DNA from: an uncultured Chthoniobacter sp.
Lineage (GTDB): Bacteria > Verrucomicrobiota > Verrucomicrobiia > Chthoniobacterales > Chthoniobacteraceae
Direction: 5' to 3'
DNA: 61,538 nucleotides
Assembly: GCA_964415705.1 (NCBI GenBank)
Contig: CAYQBV010000001.1
Span: 1 to 61,538 of the forward strand
Shown here: piece by piece, positions 51,480 through 60,940 of the stretch
How positions within the stretch are numbered: position 1 is the stretch's first letter
Layout of the letters: every line of letters begins with the position of its first letter
Translations under genes and position numbers: made by a program
Notes under the pieces: generated by a model
The model's database searches: none
What the model saw: only the letters and a program-made list of their open reading frames with translations
Told to the model about the DNA's origin: nothing

Positions 51480-52157
51480 TCACGGTTTCTTCTCCGGCGT
51501 GATCTCGCCCATGCCCAGCGGTCCAGGGTCCGGCTGCGGCAACGGGCCGTCTGTCATCAGTCGCCGCAGTTCAATGCGGACTTCCTCGGAAATCTCGTCT
51601 GCGACCGGGCGCAGTAGCCTAGCCGTCCCCAGTTCGTAGATGGCTCGGCCGGACAAGACTGGACGGCCGCGGCTGGCTTCATGCACGCCGGTCATGTCGA
51701 GCACGGCCGCGCGCAACGCCTGCTCCGCCGCCAGTTCGTATGCCGGCTTGGGCGGCGCTGGCCACCGCTCCGGCTCCACGTCCACGACAGCCACCTTGGC
51801 AGCGTCGTCGTCTCTCAAGTCGGCCAGCACCATCGCCTTGTAGATCGCCCTGCCAGCGGTCACCAGCGGGTCGGGTGCCAGCACCTTGACCGCCGCATCC
51901 TTCTGCGGCTGCTCCGGGGTCAGACGCAGCGGACGCCACGGTTTCATGTTGGGATCGTAGCCGACCTTCTCGCCTTTCCGGCTATCCAGCGCATCGAGCG
52001 GAACGTCCCCCGCTTTGACGACGAAGCTATCCGCCGCCACCTTGGGCACGAACTCCAGCGAGCAGTCCACGCAGAGCCAGCGCGAGCTCCACCCACCGTC
52101 AGGGTGTTCACGCGGCTGGTAGGTCACGCGACTGTGCGCGCAGCATTCACCGTTCAT
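51480..52157 (-). CDS. Hypothetical protein with an N-terminal Cys/His motif
   Basis: SD GGAGG; CAH...WLCVDC. Confidence 0.7.
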   Translation of the reverse strand: MNGECCAHSRVTYQPREHPDGGWSSRWLCVDCSLEFVPKVAADSFVVKAGDVPLDALDSRKGEKVGYDPNMKPWRPLRLTPEQPQKDAAVKVLAPDPLVTAGRAIYKAMVLADLRDDDAAKVAVVDVEPERWPAPPKPAYELAAEQALRAAVLDMTGVHEASRGRPVLSGRAIYELGTARLLRPVADEISEEVRIELRRLMTDGPLPQPDPGPLGMGEITPEKKP

Positions 52158-52423
52158 CTTGAGCCTCCACCCGGCGCAGGCCTCGCGGGCAACCCGTCCG
52201 TCGTCGACAGCACGGCCATGACGTTTGCGGCGGCGGTCGTGATGCGGTGGCCTTGCAAGTCCATGTTCGCCAGCAGGTTTACGCCACGGGTGACCCGGAC
52301 ATCCAACATCGCCCGCCAGACGCCGTTCCGGTCAAAGCCGCCGCTGCGCGTCCAGTGCTCGACCGTTCCCTCCACGCCGTCGATGAGGCGCACGCGGCGC
52401 CAGTTGCAGTGCGGGGCGGTCAT
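52154..52423 (-). CDS. Hypothetical protein
   Basis: ATGA coupling. Confidence 0.6.
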   Translation of the reverse strand: MTAPHCNWRRVRLIDGVEGTVEHWTRSGGFDRNGVWRAMLDVRVTRGVNLLANMDLQGHRITTAAANVMAVLSTTDGLPARPAPGGGSR

Positions 52424-52659
52424 GGCTCCCCATCCTTCTGTGGCCGGCGTCCCGGACACCCGATCGACCGCTTCATCACTTCAGCGCGACCTTCAACGTC
52501 GTTTGCGTGGCGCTCGTTGCACCACCGGCACGACCAGAACAGCCGACCGGGGCTCAGGTTCCACCAGTGCTTCTTGTGGTTCGGCGGCACCCAACCGAGA
52601 GGCGGGGCACCACTCGACCGAAACGGCAGAACCGTTACTGCGTCTCCCGTTCGGCTCAT
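52420..52659 (-). CDS. Small Cys/His protein
   Basis: HWW...CRWC; ATGA coupling. Confidence 0.6.
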   Translation of the reverse strand: MSRTGDAVTVLPFRSSGAPPLGWVPPNHKKHWWNLSPGRLFWSCRWCNERHANDVEGRAEVMKRSIGCPGRRPQKDGEP

Positions 52660-53105
52660 GGCTCCCCCTTCGTCGGCACGACGCTGCACGCGCGGGCCAG
52701 TTTGTTCCAGCCTTGCGCCGTGTACTCCGCCTCCAGCCGGTCGAGGCGCTGGTCGGCGGAGAGGCGGGGGGGCTTCGGGTGCGGCGGCATCCCCAGGTGC
52801 TGCGCGGGCCAATGCGGCCATCCGCCGCGCTCGATCTCGGCCTTCAGGTCCGCGAAGAACTGCTCGACGTGCGATGGCTCCGGCGGTGCAGGGGTTGCCG
52901 TCGTCGCACGGACGGGGGCAAGCGGGCAGTCTGGCTCGCACGTCACCCAGCCGCACACCGCGCAGTGCTCGCGGGCATCCCCGTTTTCGAGGGCTTGCGC
53001 GTCAGCCAGGAGCGAGCCGTCCGCGACCATTGCTGCGAAGTTCTGCCACTCCGCCACCTTCCGCAGCGTTGCGGCGATCACGGCGACCCTTTCCTTGCTG
53101 TCCAT
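52656..53105 (-). CDS. Hypothetical protein
   Basis: SD GGAGG; CxxC..C..C. Confidence 0.65.
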   Translation of the reverse strand: MDSKERVAVIAATLRKVAEWQNFAAMVADGSLLADAQALENGDAREHCAVCGWVTCEPDCPLAPVRATTATPAPPEPSHVEQFFADLKAEIERGGWPHWPAQHLGMPPHPKPPRLSADQRLDRLEAEYTAQGWNKLARACSVVPTKGEP

Positions 53106-53171
53106 GCGAACCCTCCAATCTCACTGGACCGTTGCCCCGTCGTCAGGTCCGTCCTGCGCGCGGGGTGGCGG

Positions 53172-53510
53172 TTACTGGCCGACGTTGGCGAGCCAGCGCA
53201 GTGCGCGCCGCCACCATGCCGGCTTGTCGTAGTCCGCGACCAGCGCCAGCAGAATCACCTCAGCCTCTTCCTGCTGAATTTGGAGGAAGCCAGTGCTGCG
53301 GCCCGCGTGCCAGGAATGCCCGCGGTGGCATCCGCGAGCCACCTGCCACGTCGCGCTGCCACTGTCGAAGTCGTCCACAACCGCGGCCCCGCCAGACCGT
53401 GCATGGTTGCGGATCCAAAAGCCGATCTGCCCCTCCGCCCACAACTCATGATTGTCGTCCGCGCTCCCCCGCAGGACGTAGCTCCATTTATCGCGCCACT
53501 TGCTCGCCAT
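53172..53510 (-). CDS. Hypothetical protein
   Basis: SD GGAGGAG. Confidence 0.65.
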   Translation of the reverse strand: MASKWRDKWSYVLRGSADDNHELWAEGQIGFWIRNHARSGGAAVVDDFDSGSATWQVARGCHRGHSWHAGRSTGFLQIQQEEAEVILLALVADYDKPAWWRRALRWLANVGQ

Positions 53511-53547
53511 CTCTCTCCTCCCGCCCGTGTCGCTGGGCCAGCGGTGT

Positions 53548-53760
53548 CTATTCCCCGCGCCGCAGCCGGAACGCGGCCGGCAACATCCGCAGTGCGTCAG
53601 CGTAGCCCGCCGCCTCCCGATAGTCGCAGCCGCGCTTGACGGCCCATTCCGTCAGGTCGTTGCGAAGCCTCAGCAGCCCGCAGCCTTGGCAGACCTCGCG
53701 GCCGACACTGCGCCGGGCGACGAAATGGTGCGGCGTCACCTTGAAGTTGAAGCCTGCCAT
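53548..53760 (-). CDS. Small Zn-binding protein
   Basis: PHHF...CQGCGLLRLRN.LT.W...GC. Confidence 0.7.
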   Translation of the reverse strand: MAGFNFKVTPHHFVARRSVGREVCQGCGLLRLRNDLTEWAVKRGCDYREAAGYADALRMLPAAFRLRRGE

Positions 53761-54102
53761 CTACTTCCCCCCGCCGCCGTCAGCGGGCTTGACCAGCCCC
53801 CGCAGCCGCGCGTTCTCCGCCGTCAGCCGGTCGCACTCGTCGAGCAGGGCGCGGACGTCAGCGGCCATGCGACCGTCGCGCGGGTACAGGCCCTCGTAGC
53901 TCGCGTCGATCTCTACGCCACGACAGTCGCCCAGCATCGCCTCGCGGGTCCGCAGCGCGAGGGTGGCGGGCGGTTCCGGCAACGCCAACGGAAGCCAGCC
54001 GTTGCCGGCGCACGCCAGGCACACGGGCACGCCGGCTGTCGTGGTGACCGGGCTGCTCCCGGTGCCGTGGCAGGACGGGCAGAGGCGGCGGTCAATCAGC
54101 AT
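53761..54102 (-). CDS. DnaJ-type zinc-finger protein
   Basis: CPSCHGTG and CLACAGNG. Confidence 0.7.
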   Translation of the reverse strand: MLIDRRLCPSCHGTGSSPVTTTAGVPVCLACAGNGWLPLALPEPPATLALRTREAMLGDCRGVEIDASYEGLYPRDGRMAADVRALLDECDRLTAENARLRGLVKPADGGGGK

Positions 54103-54502
54103 GGGGTGCCTCGATGCCGTGGGCAGCCAGGGCAGCGCGGGCGATGGCCTCGGCGCGGGTGCGGTGCCACTTGTCGATGGGCGGTGCCACTTCGGCACAC
54201 ACCCAGCCCCAGACGTCATGGCCGGTTCGGCGTCCACAGACTAGGCTGTGTCCCGGCATCAGCCCGAGCAGCACGCCCAGGGTTGCGTTGTCGTCGAGGT
54301 TCGGGCCGTTGGCGATGGCGAGGTCCATCGACTCGCACTCGTTCTCAAAGCTCGCGAACTCGCGCACGCAGTCGACGCGGTCGTTGCCCAGCATCCGCCA
54401 CAGCAGCCCGCTATCCGGGTCACGGCACGCCGCCCCCGGCTGTTTCCACGGGATGCCGGCGTCTGCGATCTGGCGGGCGAGGGCTTGCAGTTCAGGGTTC
54501 AC
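54092..54502 (-). CDS. Hypothetical protein
   Basis: PNLDDNATLG.LL...TRAEAIARAAL. Confidence 0.65.
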   Translation of the reverse strand: MNPELQALARQIADAGIPWKQPGAACRDPDSGLLWRMLGNDRVDCVREFASFENECESMDLAIANGPNLDDNATLGVLLGLMPGHSLVCGRRTGHDVWGWVCAEVAPPIDKWHRTRAEAIARAALAAHGIEAPHAD

Positions 54503-54765
54503 GGTTTGCCTCCCGCCTTGAAAGCGGCCAGGGCGGCGGCCAGCGTGTCGTGGTCGCAATGCTGGTCCCTCTCGTAGTAGTAGGTCGCCCACACCTGCAC
54601 CGCCTGGACGACCGCGAGGGCCAGACGCAGCGCCTCTCGCAGTTCCGCGACCTTGGTCGTCGTGTGGTAGTCGCGGAACTCCCGCAACGGGTCGCCGGAG
54701 AGGCGGTCTGGTTGGGCTGCGGCCTCGCTCTCCGCGAGCAGCTTCGTGGCGTCGTCGACCGTCAT
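54499..54765 (-). CDS. Hypothetical protein
   Basis: SD AAGGAG; MTVDDATKLL. Confidence 0.65.
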   Translation of the reverse strand: MTVDDATKLLAESEAAAQPDRLSGDPLREFRDYHTTTKVAELREALRLALAVVQAVQVWATYYYERDQHCDHDTLAAALAAFKAGGKP

Positions 54766-55352
54766 GGCGTGGGCTCCTTGGCGTCGAGGATGGCGAGGAC
54801 GCGGACGGCCAGCGGATCGCGCGGTTCCGGCAACGGTCGCCAATGCGTGACGTCGGTGTGCCCGTAACTGCGCCGGCCGACGTGGTACCAGCCCAGACCG
54901 GGGTTGACCGTGCCGTCGCCGTCGTGGTCATCGTGGTCGTAGCACCCGGTCGCTTCCGCGCCGTCTGCCGTGCGGATGCCCACCAGCCCGTCGTAGTCTG
55001 GCGGTGGGTCGGCGGGTCGCCACGGGAGCGGGGCGGGTTTGGCTACCTCCTCCCGCACGGCAGCGAGGGTGGCGCGCAGGCCGGTCACGGTGTCGTCCAT
55101 CGCGGAGATGAGCGCGATCGACTCCGCCCGCACCGCCGCCAGCGTGGCACGGAGCGCCGCCAGGTCTGCCGCGTTGGCCAGGGCGACGTCTGCGCCGGGG
55201 CCGACTGCATACCGACCGCACGGGATCGGCTTGCCGTCCAGGCCGATGCCGCGCGGGGTCTGGCAACTGTTCTGCTCGGTCACGCAGGTGCCGTGGACTG
55301 GACACCAGCTCCCTGCCCTAACGAGCAGCTTCTTGGCGTCGTCGAGCGTCAT
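54762..55352 (-). CDS. Hypothetical protein with a DUF551-like C-terminus
   Basis: W.P...PP...VTHWRPLPEP. Confidence 0.7.
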   Translation of the reverse strand: MTLDDAKKLLVRAGSWCPVHGTCVTEQNSCQTPRGIGLDGKPIPCGRYAVGPGADVALANAADLAALRATLAAVRAESIALISAMDDTVTGLRATLAAVREEVAKPAPLPWRPADPPPDYDGLVGIRTADGAEATGCYDHDDHDGDGTVNPGLGWYHVGRRSYGHTDVTHWRPLPEPRDPLAVRVLAILDAKEPTP

Positions 55353-55885
55353 GTTGTCTCCTTCTTCGCGACCGGCAGTTCCCGACCGAATGGCAGATGC
55401 TTCCAATGCGTGCCCCTAACTATGCCGCGAACATGCCCGGTACGAATTCCGTACATTTCCGCCAATTGTTTTGTGCTAAACCCATTCTTTCGCTTTTCGC
55501 GTATTGCCAACACCTTAGCGGCGGTCAATTTCGCCATGCCATGTCGCTCTCCTTTGCTCGGAACGGTCGAACGTCTCCCCTTCTCTGTCATGTCTCTCAT
55601 GTTGTCGGCTGGCGTACCCAGGAACAGATGCGCGGGGTTGCAGCAGGGCGGGTTGTCGCAGCGATGGCAGGCGCAGAGCCCGTGCAAGTGGGCGCGGTTT
55701 GCCAGCATCCACGCAAGCCTATGTGCCTGCATCTTCACGCGGCGCCACATTAGTTGCCCGTATCCCGGTCCCCCTCTGTATCCAGTCCACGGCCAGCAGG
55801 CATCAGGCCCACCGCTGCGGTCTACCTTGCTCCAGAACCTAGCGGTATCCTTGGCCGTCCAGCGGGGAATCGGCTCAAAATCCAT
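55349..55885 (-). CDS. HNH homing endonuclease with C-terminal DNA-binding domain
   Basis: RFWSKVD, CWPWTG, GYG, AHRLAW, CHRCDNPPCCNPAHL..GT..DN..D, KGERHGMAKLT. Confidence 0.93.
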   Translation of the reverse strand: MDFEPIPRWTAKDTARFWSKVDRSGGPDACWPWTGYRGGPGYGQLMWRRVKMQAHRLAWMLANRAHLHGLCACHRCDNPPCCNPAHLFLGTPADNMRDMTEKGRRSTVPSKGERHGMAKLTAAKVLAIREKRKNGFSTKQLAEMYGIRTGHVRGIVRGTHWKHLPFGRELPVAKKETT

Positions 55886-56010
55886 CCCGCCTTCCGCATT
55901 CGGCACGCCAGCGCCGTCGCCGCTTCCTTGCTGATGCCGAGCGCTGCCGCCACTTCCGCCAGACTGTTCGCGCTGTTCCATGTCTCTGCCACCTTTGCGT
56001 AGTCGCGCAC
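55822..56010 (-). CDS. Small HTH protein, paralogue of 4004-4255
   Basis: SD CAGGAGG then GTG; WN...SLAEVAAALGI...R.R..GW. Confidence 0.65.
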   Translation of the reverse strand: MRDYAKVAETWNSANSLAEVAAALGISKEAATALACRMRKAGWILSRFPAGRPRIPLGSGAR

Positions 56011-56029
56011 TTGCGCCTCCTGTTGGCGT

Positions 56030-56057
56030 ATCATAGGCGAACCGTTGGCGTTGTCAA
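56030..56057 (-). promoter_or_regulatory. sigma70-type promoter
   Basis: TTGACA-16 nt-TATGAT. Confidence 0.65.
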
Positions 56058-56329
56058 GCGGCCCCCTTAGGCGGGGCTAACATCGCCAGAAGCCGCGCGG
56101 CCTCAGCACGGATGGCCGACGCGAGGGCGGTCAGCGCTTCTTCCGCCGTGTCCGCGATCGTCTCATGCGAGCAGACCGGACCCCAGTAGTGCCAACCGCC
56201 GACGGCCATCTGGAAAACCTGCGCGTCGGGCTCGCCGTCGGAGCCCAGAACCTCCACGCGGTCGCCCACTTGCCGCCACTCCACGCCCGGCACGATGCGG
56301 CGGGCGGTATCCAGCAGGGTCTCGCTCAT
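56054..56329 (-). CDS. Hypothetical protein
   Basis: SD AAGGAG before MSETLL. Confidence 0.65.
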   Translation of the reverse strand: MSETLLDTARRIVPGVEWRQVGDRVEVLGSDGEPDAQVFQMAVGGWHYWGPVCSHETIADTAEEALTALASAIRAEAARLLAMLAPPKGAA

Positions 56330-56607
56330 GGTGACTCCTTGCCCATCGCCGCTTCCAGGCTGTCCAGCAGCGCGTTGGCGGCGGCGTCCATGGCGCGGGC
56401 CAGCGGGACCAGATCGGCCACGGTGTCGGCGTCCCCGCGTTGCTCGTACCAGCCCGACACGCGGGTCAGGACGAAGCCGTAGGTCTCCCAGACCGTCCAC
56501 GCCAAGCCATCGCCAGTGTCGGTTTCCCACTGGTCGCCGTCCTGCGTCCACTCGCCCTCGCAGATCGCCTGCAAGGCTGCATCCAGGTCGGTCGGGGTCG
56601 CGCTCAT
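56326..56607 (-). CDS. Hypothetical protein
   Basis: SD GGAGG; ATGA coupling. Confidence 0.65.
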   Translation of the reverse strand: MSATPTDLDAALQAICEGEWTQDGDQWETDTGDGLAWTVWETYGFVLTRVSGWYEQRGDADTVADLVPLARAMDAAANALLDSLEAAMGKESP

Positions 56608-56972
56608 GGGGTTGCCTCCTGCGCCAGCACCGCCAGAATCTCATCCGCCAGCGCCTGGCACCGCGCGGCCGGAACGAACGTCGCATCCTCACTGTTCCGG
56701 GGTGACTCCAGCGCCCAGCCGCCCGGTCTGGCATACGCGGCGCATCGTCGGAACTCGGCGCTCTGCCCGGACTTGATGGCCCTGGCGATGGCCACCATCT
56801 CCGCCGCCGTGCCTTCGATGTCAGCGGCCCCGATTCGACACGACAGCATGAAGCGCGAGACACCGGGGCCAACGTCCTCCAGCCACGCCTTGCCGTCGTG
56901 AACCTTGCGCTCGATGGTGTACCAGTCGCCCATGTTGTCGCTCTTCTTGAGCGTCAGTTCTTCGTCCAGCAT
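56604..56972 (-). CDS. Hypothetical protein
   Basis: SD GGAGG; TAGATG coupling. Confidence 0.7.
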   Translation of the reverse strand: MLDEELTLKKSDNMGDWYTIERKVHDGKAWLEDVGPGVSRFMLSCRIGAADIEGTAAEMVAIARAIKSGQSAEFRRCAAYARPGGWALESPRNSEDATFVPAARCQALADEILAVLAQEATP

Positions 56973-57689
56973 CTAGACCTCCTGCGACTTGACCGCCGCC
57001 TCGACCTCGGGGGCGACCTTCGCCTCCCAGCACGGCCACACCTCGCCAGCATCCAACGCGGCAGACCAGTGCCCGTGCGACTTCTCGCGCTCCGGCGTGT
57101 CCCAGGGCCGCGCAGGGTTGTCGCACACGCCGGTCGTGTCGTCGGGGTCGTCGCGGTTCATGTCGACAACCGCGCTCCAGTGGCGGCAGGTTCCGCAGTT
57201 GCGGGCGGTCAAGTCGGGGGCGACGTAGGGAACCGGCGCGGGCGGGACGTAGGGCGCACGGGGCGGCGGTGGCGGTTCCGGCAGCGGGCGCCAGCGCTCG
57301 GGCGGATGCTCGGGCGACTCCAGACCGCCTACGCCGTCGAACACGCCCCACACGACACCTTGCTCCGGGTTGTCGCATTCGAGCGCCATCAGCACCGGCA
57401 CTCCGCCGCGCCACCCAAGCACCAAGTCGCCGACGGGCGGCCTCTCGTGCCGGGTCCACCGCCAGCCACGACCGTTCAACGCCGCGACGATGAACTTGCC
57501 GAGCGCCAGCGTGCCGCTCAGGTCGGGGTCGTCGCACACGTCCGAAGCGTGCGCGTGGTCGGTCGTCAGCCACACGTCGCCGCTGTCGCTGTCGCCAAGG
57601 TGCGCGAGCGGCCAGTCGGAACCGTGGCCTTTGCCCTCGGCGTCCACCTTCTGGCCCTGCGGAATCACGAGCAATCGTACCTGCGCCAT
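56973..57689 (-). CDS. Mosaic hypothetical protein (DUF551-like segment plus Cys-rich C-terminus)
   Basis: ERPP...WRPLPEPP; CGTCRHW...GVC. Confidence 0.65.
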   Translation of the reverse strand: MAQVRLLVIPQGQKVDAEGKGHGSDWPLAHLGDSDSGDVWLTTDHAHASDVCDDPDLSGTLALGKFIVAALNGRGWRWTRHERPPVGDLVLGWRGGVPVLMALECDNPEQGVVWGVFDGVGGLESPEHPPERWRPLPEPPPPPRAPYVPPAPVPYVAPDLTARNCGTCRHWSAVVDMNRDDPDDTTGVCDNPARPWDTPEREKSHGHWSAALDAGEVWPCWEAKVAPEVEAAVKSQEV

Positions 57690-57727
57690 CCTACCCTCCC
57701 TCTCCCGCAGCCAGGCGATCCTGCAAT

Positions 57728-58096
57728 TCACCCGATGATCACGTCGGTTGCCATCCTCGCAGCCAACCAAGATGCCAGCGGCGGCTTGCCCGCCTCCAGC
57801 CACGTCTGGCGCTTGTCCCGGTTCGCCTGCCACACGTCGCCGGCACTCAGCAGGTCGTCGATTTGGCAGCGCAGGGCCTTGGCGAACTTGTGCAGCCGGG
57901 TGAGCCCACAGCCGATCTCGTAGTTCTCGATGCGGCAGATCGCCTGCGCCCCGGACGGCGGCTTGTAGCCCATCCGCTGCGCCAGTTCCGGCTGGCTCAG
58001 GCCGGCACCCACGCGCAGCAGCATCAGGTGCCACGGGTCGCAGCGCCGTCGCTGGTCTGCACGCGCCAGCAGCAGGGTTTCCGGGTCGATCGTCAC
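57728..58096 (-). CDS. XRE-family HTH regulator
   Basis: LRVGAGLSQPELAQRMG...ICRIEN...LHKFAKAL.C.IDDLL. Confidence 0.82.
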   Translation of the reverse strand: MTIDPETLLLARADQRRRCDPWHLMLLRVGAGLSQPELAQRMGYKPPSGAQAICRIENYEIGCGLTRLHKFAKALRCQIDDLLSAGDVWQANRDKRQTWLEAGKPPLASWLAARMATDVIIG

Positions 58097-58587
58097 AGGG
58101 CTTCCAGGCGATCGGCTGCGGTCACGGCGACGGCGAGCGCAGCCCGAGCGTGCCCCGTGGCGAGCCCGATTGCGCCCGCCTTGCGCTTCGTGGTCGCCTT
58201 GACGTCGCTGCCCTCGCCGTGAAGCAGCACCAGCGCGGCCCAGACGCCGGCATCGTTTCGCACCAGCACCGCGCCATGCGTCAGGTTGGCCAGCGTCTTG
58301 CGGACCTCGTAGCGGTAGAGTTCGAGGACTTGGCATCTGAAACTGTATGCCAGAATCTGGACCAACCGCCCGGTGATGTAGCCGCAATCGACCATCTGCG
58401 GGCGAGTCGGGCCTTGCCCTTTCGGGCGTTCAATGGCCATCGCGAACTTGATGCCGATCAGCGCCTCGAAGACGTATGGCGTCAACTCCCAGCCCCAGAA
58501 CTCACCGGCCGCAAGCACACGTTTGGCGGTCGAGTCGTAGACGCACCAACCCGACGTCACGCCGGGGTCGACGGCGAGGATGATCAC
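58093..58587 (-). CDS. RuvC-like Holliday junction resolvase
   Basis: IILAVDPGVTSGWC, AIERP, HARAALAVA. Confidence 0.75.
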   Translation of the reverse strand: MIILAVDPGVTSGWCVYDSTAKRVLAAGEFWGWELTPYVFEALIGIKFAMAIERPKGQGPTRPQMVDCGYITGRLVQILAYSFRCQVLELYRYEVRKTLANLTHGAVLVRNDAGVWAALVLLHGEGSDVKATTKRKAGAIGLATGHARAALAVAVTAADRLEAL

Positions 58588-59669
58588 GACGCCCCCATCG
58601 CGCAGTCGTAGCATTTTGAGTCTCCGTCCAGCGACGGCACGGCAGACCCGCAGACCCGGCAGACCGGCGACGACGATGCGGACCCGTCCAGGGCGAACGC
58701 TTTGCCGGCTTCCGCGACTTCTTCGGCAGCGGACTGGCGCGGGGCGGTCGCGGCGGTTTGCGGGGCTTGGCGGGGCTCCTGCTGCGCCGGCACCTTGGCC
58801 TTGCCGACGCCCAGCGTCTCGGCCAGCGCGTCCACGGCACTCGGCTGCGGTTGATGCTCCAGCGCCTTCGGGACCGGGGCATCGTCGCTGCGCCGCTGCG
58901 GGTCGTTCTCCAGCACCCGATCCTCCAGCGCCACGACGTCGGCAATGCGCGCCTCCAGCGTGGTCTCGATGCTGATGACGCGCCGCGCCCAGGCGTCCCG
59001 CAGCACGGTCTTGTAGGCCTGCTCCGCGTACCAGAGCCGCCAGACACCCGGCTTGTCGTACTTGTCCTTGTCCGGCGTCTGCGAGCATTCGCGCGCAAAC
59101 TCCACTTTCTGCGCGGGCACGAAGTGGTAGCCGATCTCGCCGGTCGTGTACTCGATCTTGAGGTAGCCGCCGCGCAGCCCGGTCGCGCCGTCCTTGCCGT
59201 CGGCCGGGTGGCAGAACGTGCGCCCGCTGGCGAACGGGTCGAAACGGTGGACCAGTTCGCCGGTCACTTCGTCCCACTCAAACTCGTCGCTGACGTGAAC
59301 CAGCTTCGGCGTGACGCGCTTGATGCCGGGTTGCCGCTCCATGAGGAACTTGAGCCCCTGCCACTGCGGCATCACCGTGCAGACGCCCTTGCGCGGAATC
59401 AGCGCGACGTGGCTGTGGTGCTTGCCGGGCAGCAGGCCCATCTGCGCGCAGACGAGGAACGCCGACAGGACCGACGCCGGCTCGCAGTCGGCCAGAATCG
59501 GGTCGCGCGCCGCCAGCACGCATTGCGCGCGGAAGGTCGCGGCGTCGATGTAGCCGGCCAGTGCGCCGACGATTTGCCGCTCGACGTCCGGGTTGCCGAG
59601 CCAGCGGTCGATGCTGCCGCTCAGGGTTTTGGGTTCCCGTGTCGCCTGGATTGCGCCTTGCTGCGTCAT
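58584..59669 (-). CDS. recT: RecT-family ssDNA annealing protein
   Basis: CEPASVL.A...AQMGLLP, ALIPR, WQGL..L.R, V...DEF, W..WY.EQA.KTVLR. Confidence 0.88.
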   Translation of the reverse strand: MTQQGAIQATREPKTLSGSIDRWLGNPDVERQIVGALAGYIDAATFRAQCVLAARDPILADCEPASVLSAFLVCAQMGLLPGKHHSHVALIPRKGVCTVMPQWQGLKFLMERQPGIKRVTPKLVHVSDEFEWDEVTGELVHRFDPFASGRTFCHPADGKDGATGLRGGYLKIEYTTGEIGYHFVPAQKVEFARECSQTPDKDKYDKPGVWRLWYAEQAYKTVLRDAWARRVISIETTLEARIADVVALEDRVLENDPQRRSDDAPVPKALEHQPQPSAVDALAETLGVGKAKVPAQQEPRQAPQTAATAPRQSAAEEVAEAGKAFALDGSASSSPVCRVCGSAVPSLDGDSKCYDCAMGAS

Positions 59670-60628
59670 TTGCCCTCCTTGCGTGCGAACAGCCGCGGAT
59701 ACCGCGATGCCGCGCCTTGCTTCTGGCAGGCTTCCCAGGCCTCTGGGAACTCCGCCTTGAGCCGTTCCTGGTCCAGCAGCTTGCGGCCGCCGACGTTGAC
59801 GATCGTGCATTTCCAGGCGTCGGCCAGCAGCGCGCCTGACTCGCCGGCAGCGGCCATCAACTCGTTCTTGAGCAGCGCCGCCTCGGCGTCCAGCGCCTTC
59901 GCCGCCTCGTTCACTTCGGCCAGCCGCGCAATCTTCGCCGCCTCGTCCGCCGTCGCAGCCCGCGCAGGGGCTGCCAAGGTCGGATAGGCGCGGTACAGGT
60001 GGCGGCGACACGCATCCGAGCCGTCGATCTCCGGCACCTTGCCTTCCACGAGGTGCAGCCGCGTCCACTCGCACAGACGGTCGCGCAGCGCGTCCTCCAC
60101 GTCCCTGCGCCGACGAATCTCGTAGACCTCGGGCGCGTGCATGAGGTCGCGCAGGCGGCTCACGATGCTGGTCTCGGTGACGTCGCACACGGCAAGCTGA
60201 ACGAGCGCCTGGACCAAGTATTCGCGCGGAATCTGGTCAGTCCCCGGCTCGCCCCAGCCGTCCGCGAACGCCGAGGTCTTGCCCTCGTACAGCGCCGTCG
60301 AGTCGCCCTTGAAGCGAAAGGCACCGTCAGGACGAACGGCCACGCCGGGCCAGTCGGCGCGCACGAACGCCGGCTCCGCCAGCTTCGGGCCAGCCTCCAC
60401 GGCTTCGACGTCGAGGATGTCCGCCACCCACTCGCGCACGCCGGCCTCCAGGTAGTTGCCGCGCGCCATCGGGACGGTCGTCGGTTGCTCCGGCTCCGCG
60501 CGGGCGGCGAACACGTCAAACGCGGTGCGGGTCGGGTGCAGCCCCAGCACAGCAGCACACTCGGACGCCCCGAGCAGGTAGCGCCGGTCAGCCGACTCAG
60601 CGCGTGGAAGTGTTGCCAGGATTCCCAT
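59666..60628 (-). CDS. YqaJ / lambda-exonuclease family recombination nuclease
   Basis: LGASECAAVLG, M.RGN.LE, PDG, EGKT, W.....IP..YLVQ..Q. Confidence 0.92.
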   Translation of the reverse strand: MGILATLPRAESADRRYLLGASECAAVLGLHPTRTAFDVFAARAEPEQPTTVPMARGNYLEAGVREWVADILDVEAVEAGPKLAEPAFVRADWPGVAVRPDGAFRFKGDSTALYEGKTSAFADGWGEPGTDQIPREYLVQALVQLAVCDVTETSIVSRLRDLMHAPEVYEIRRRRDVEDALRDRLCEWTRLHLVEGKVPEIDGSDACRRHLYRAYPTLAAPARAATADEAAKIARLAEVNEAAKALDAEAALLKNELMAAAGESGALLADAWKCTIVNVGGRKLLDQERLKAEFPEAWEACQKQGAASRYPRLFARKEGK

Positions 60629-60688
60629 AGTAGCCTCCGTTGTCGTGCAATGGAACAGTGCGGGTCAGGGTCAGGTTGCAGGTGTCGC

Positions 60689-60922
60689 TCATGGCGTCGG
60701 CTCCTTCGCGGTCAGGCTGGCGGCGGAAACGCCAAGTGCGGCGGCGATGCGTTCCAGGGTCGCCTGCGAACAGCCGATCCTGCCGCATTCGATGCCGCTG
60801 ATCTTCGCCTGCGCTCGCGTCTTTCGGGTGCCGATTTCCAGGCCGAGAGCTTCTTGCGACTTGGCAGCCGCCAAGCGAGCGGCCTTGAGCGCGGCGAGGT
60901 TCAGTGTCGGGGATGTGGTCAT
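60689..60922 (-). CDS. XRE-family (Cro-like) HTH regulator
   Basis: LKAARLAAAKSQEALG...ISGIECG...TLERIAAALGVS. Confidence 0.85.
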   Translation of the reverse strand: MTTSPTLNLAALKAARLAAAKSQEALGLEIGTRKTRAQAKISGIECGRIGCSQATLERIAAALGVSAASLTAKEPTP

Positions 60923-60940
60923 GCTTGCCTCCGGGTTGTC

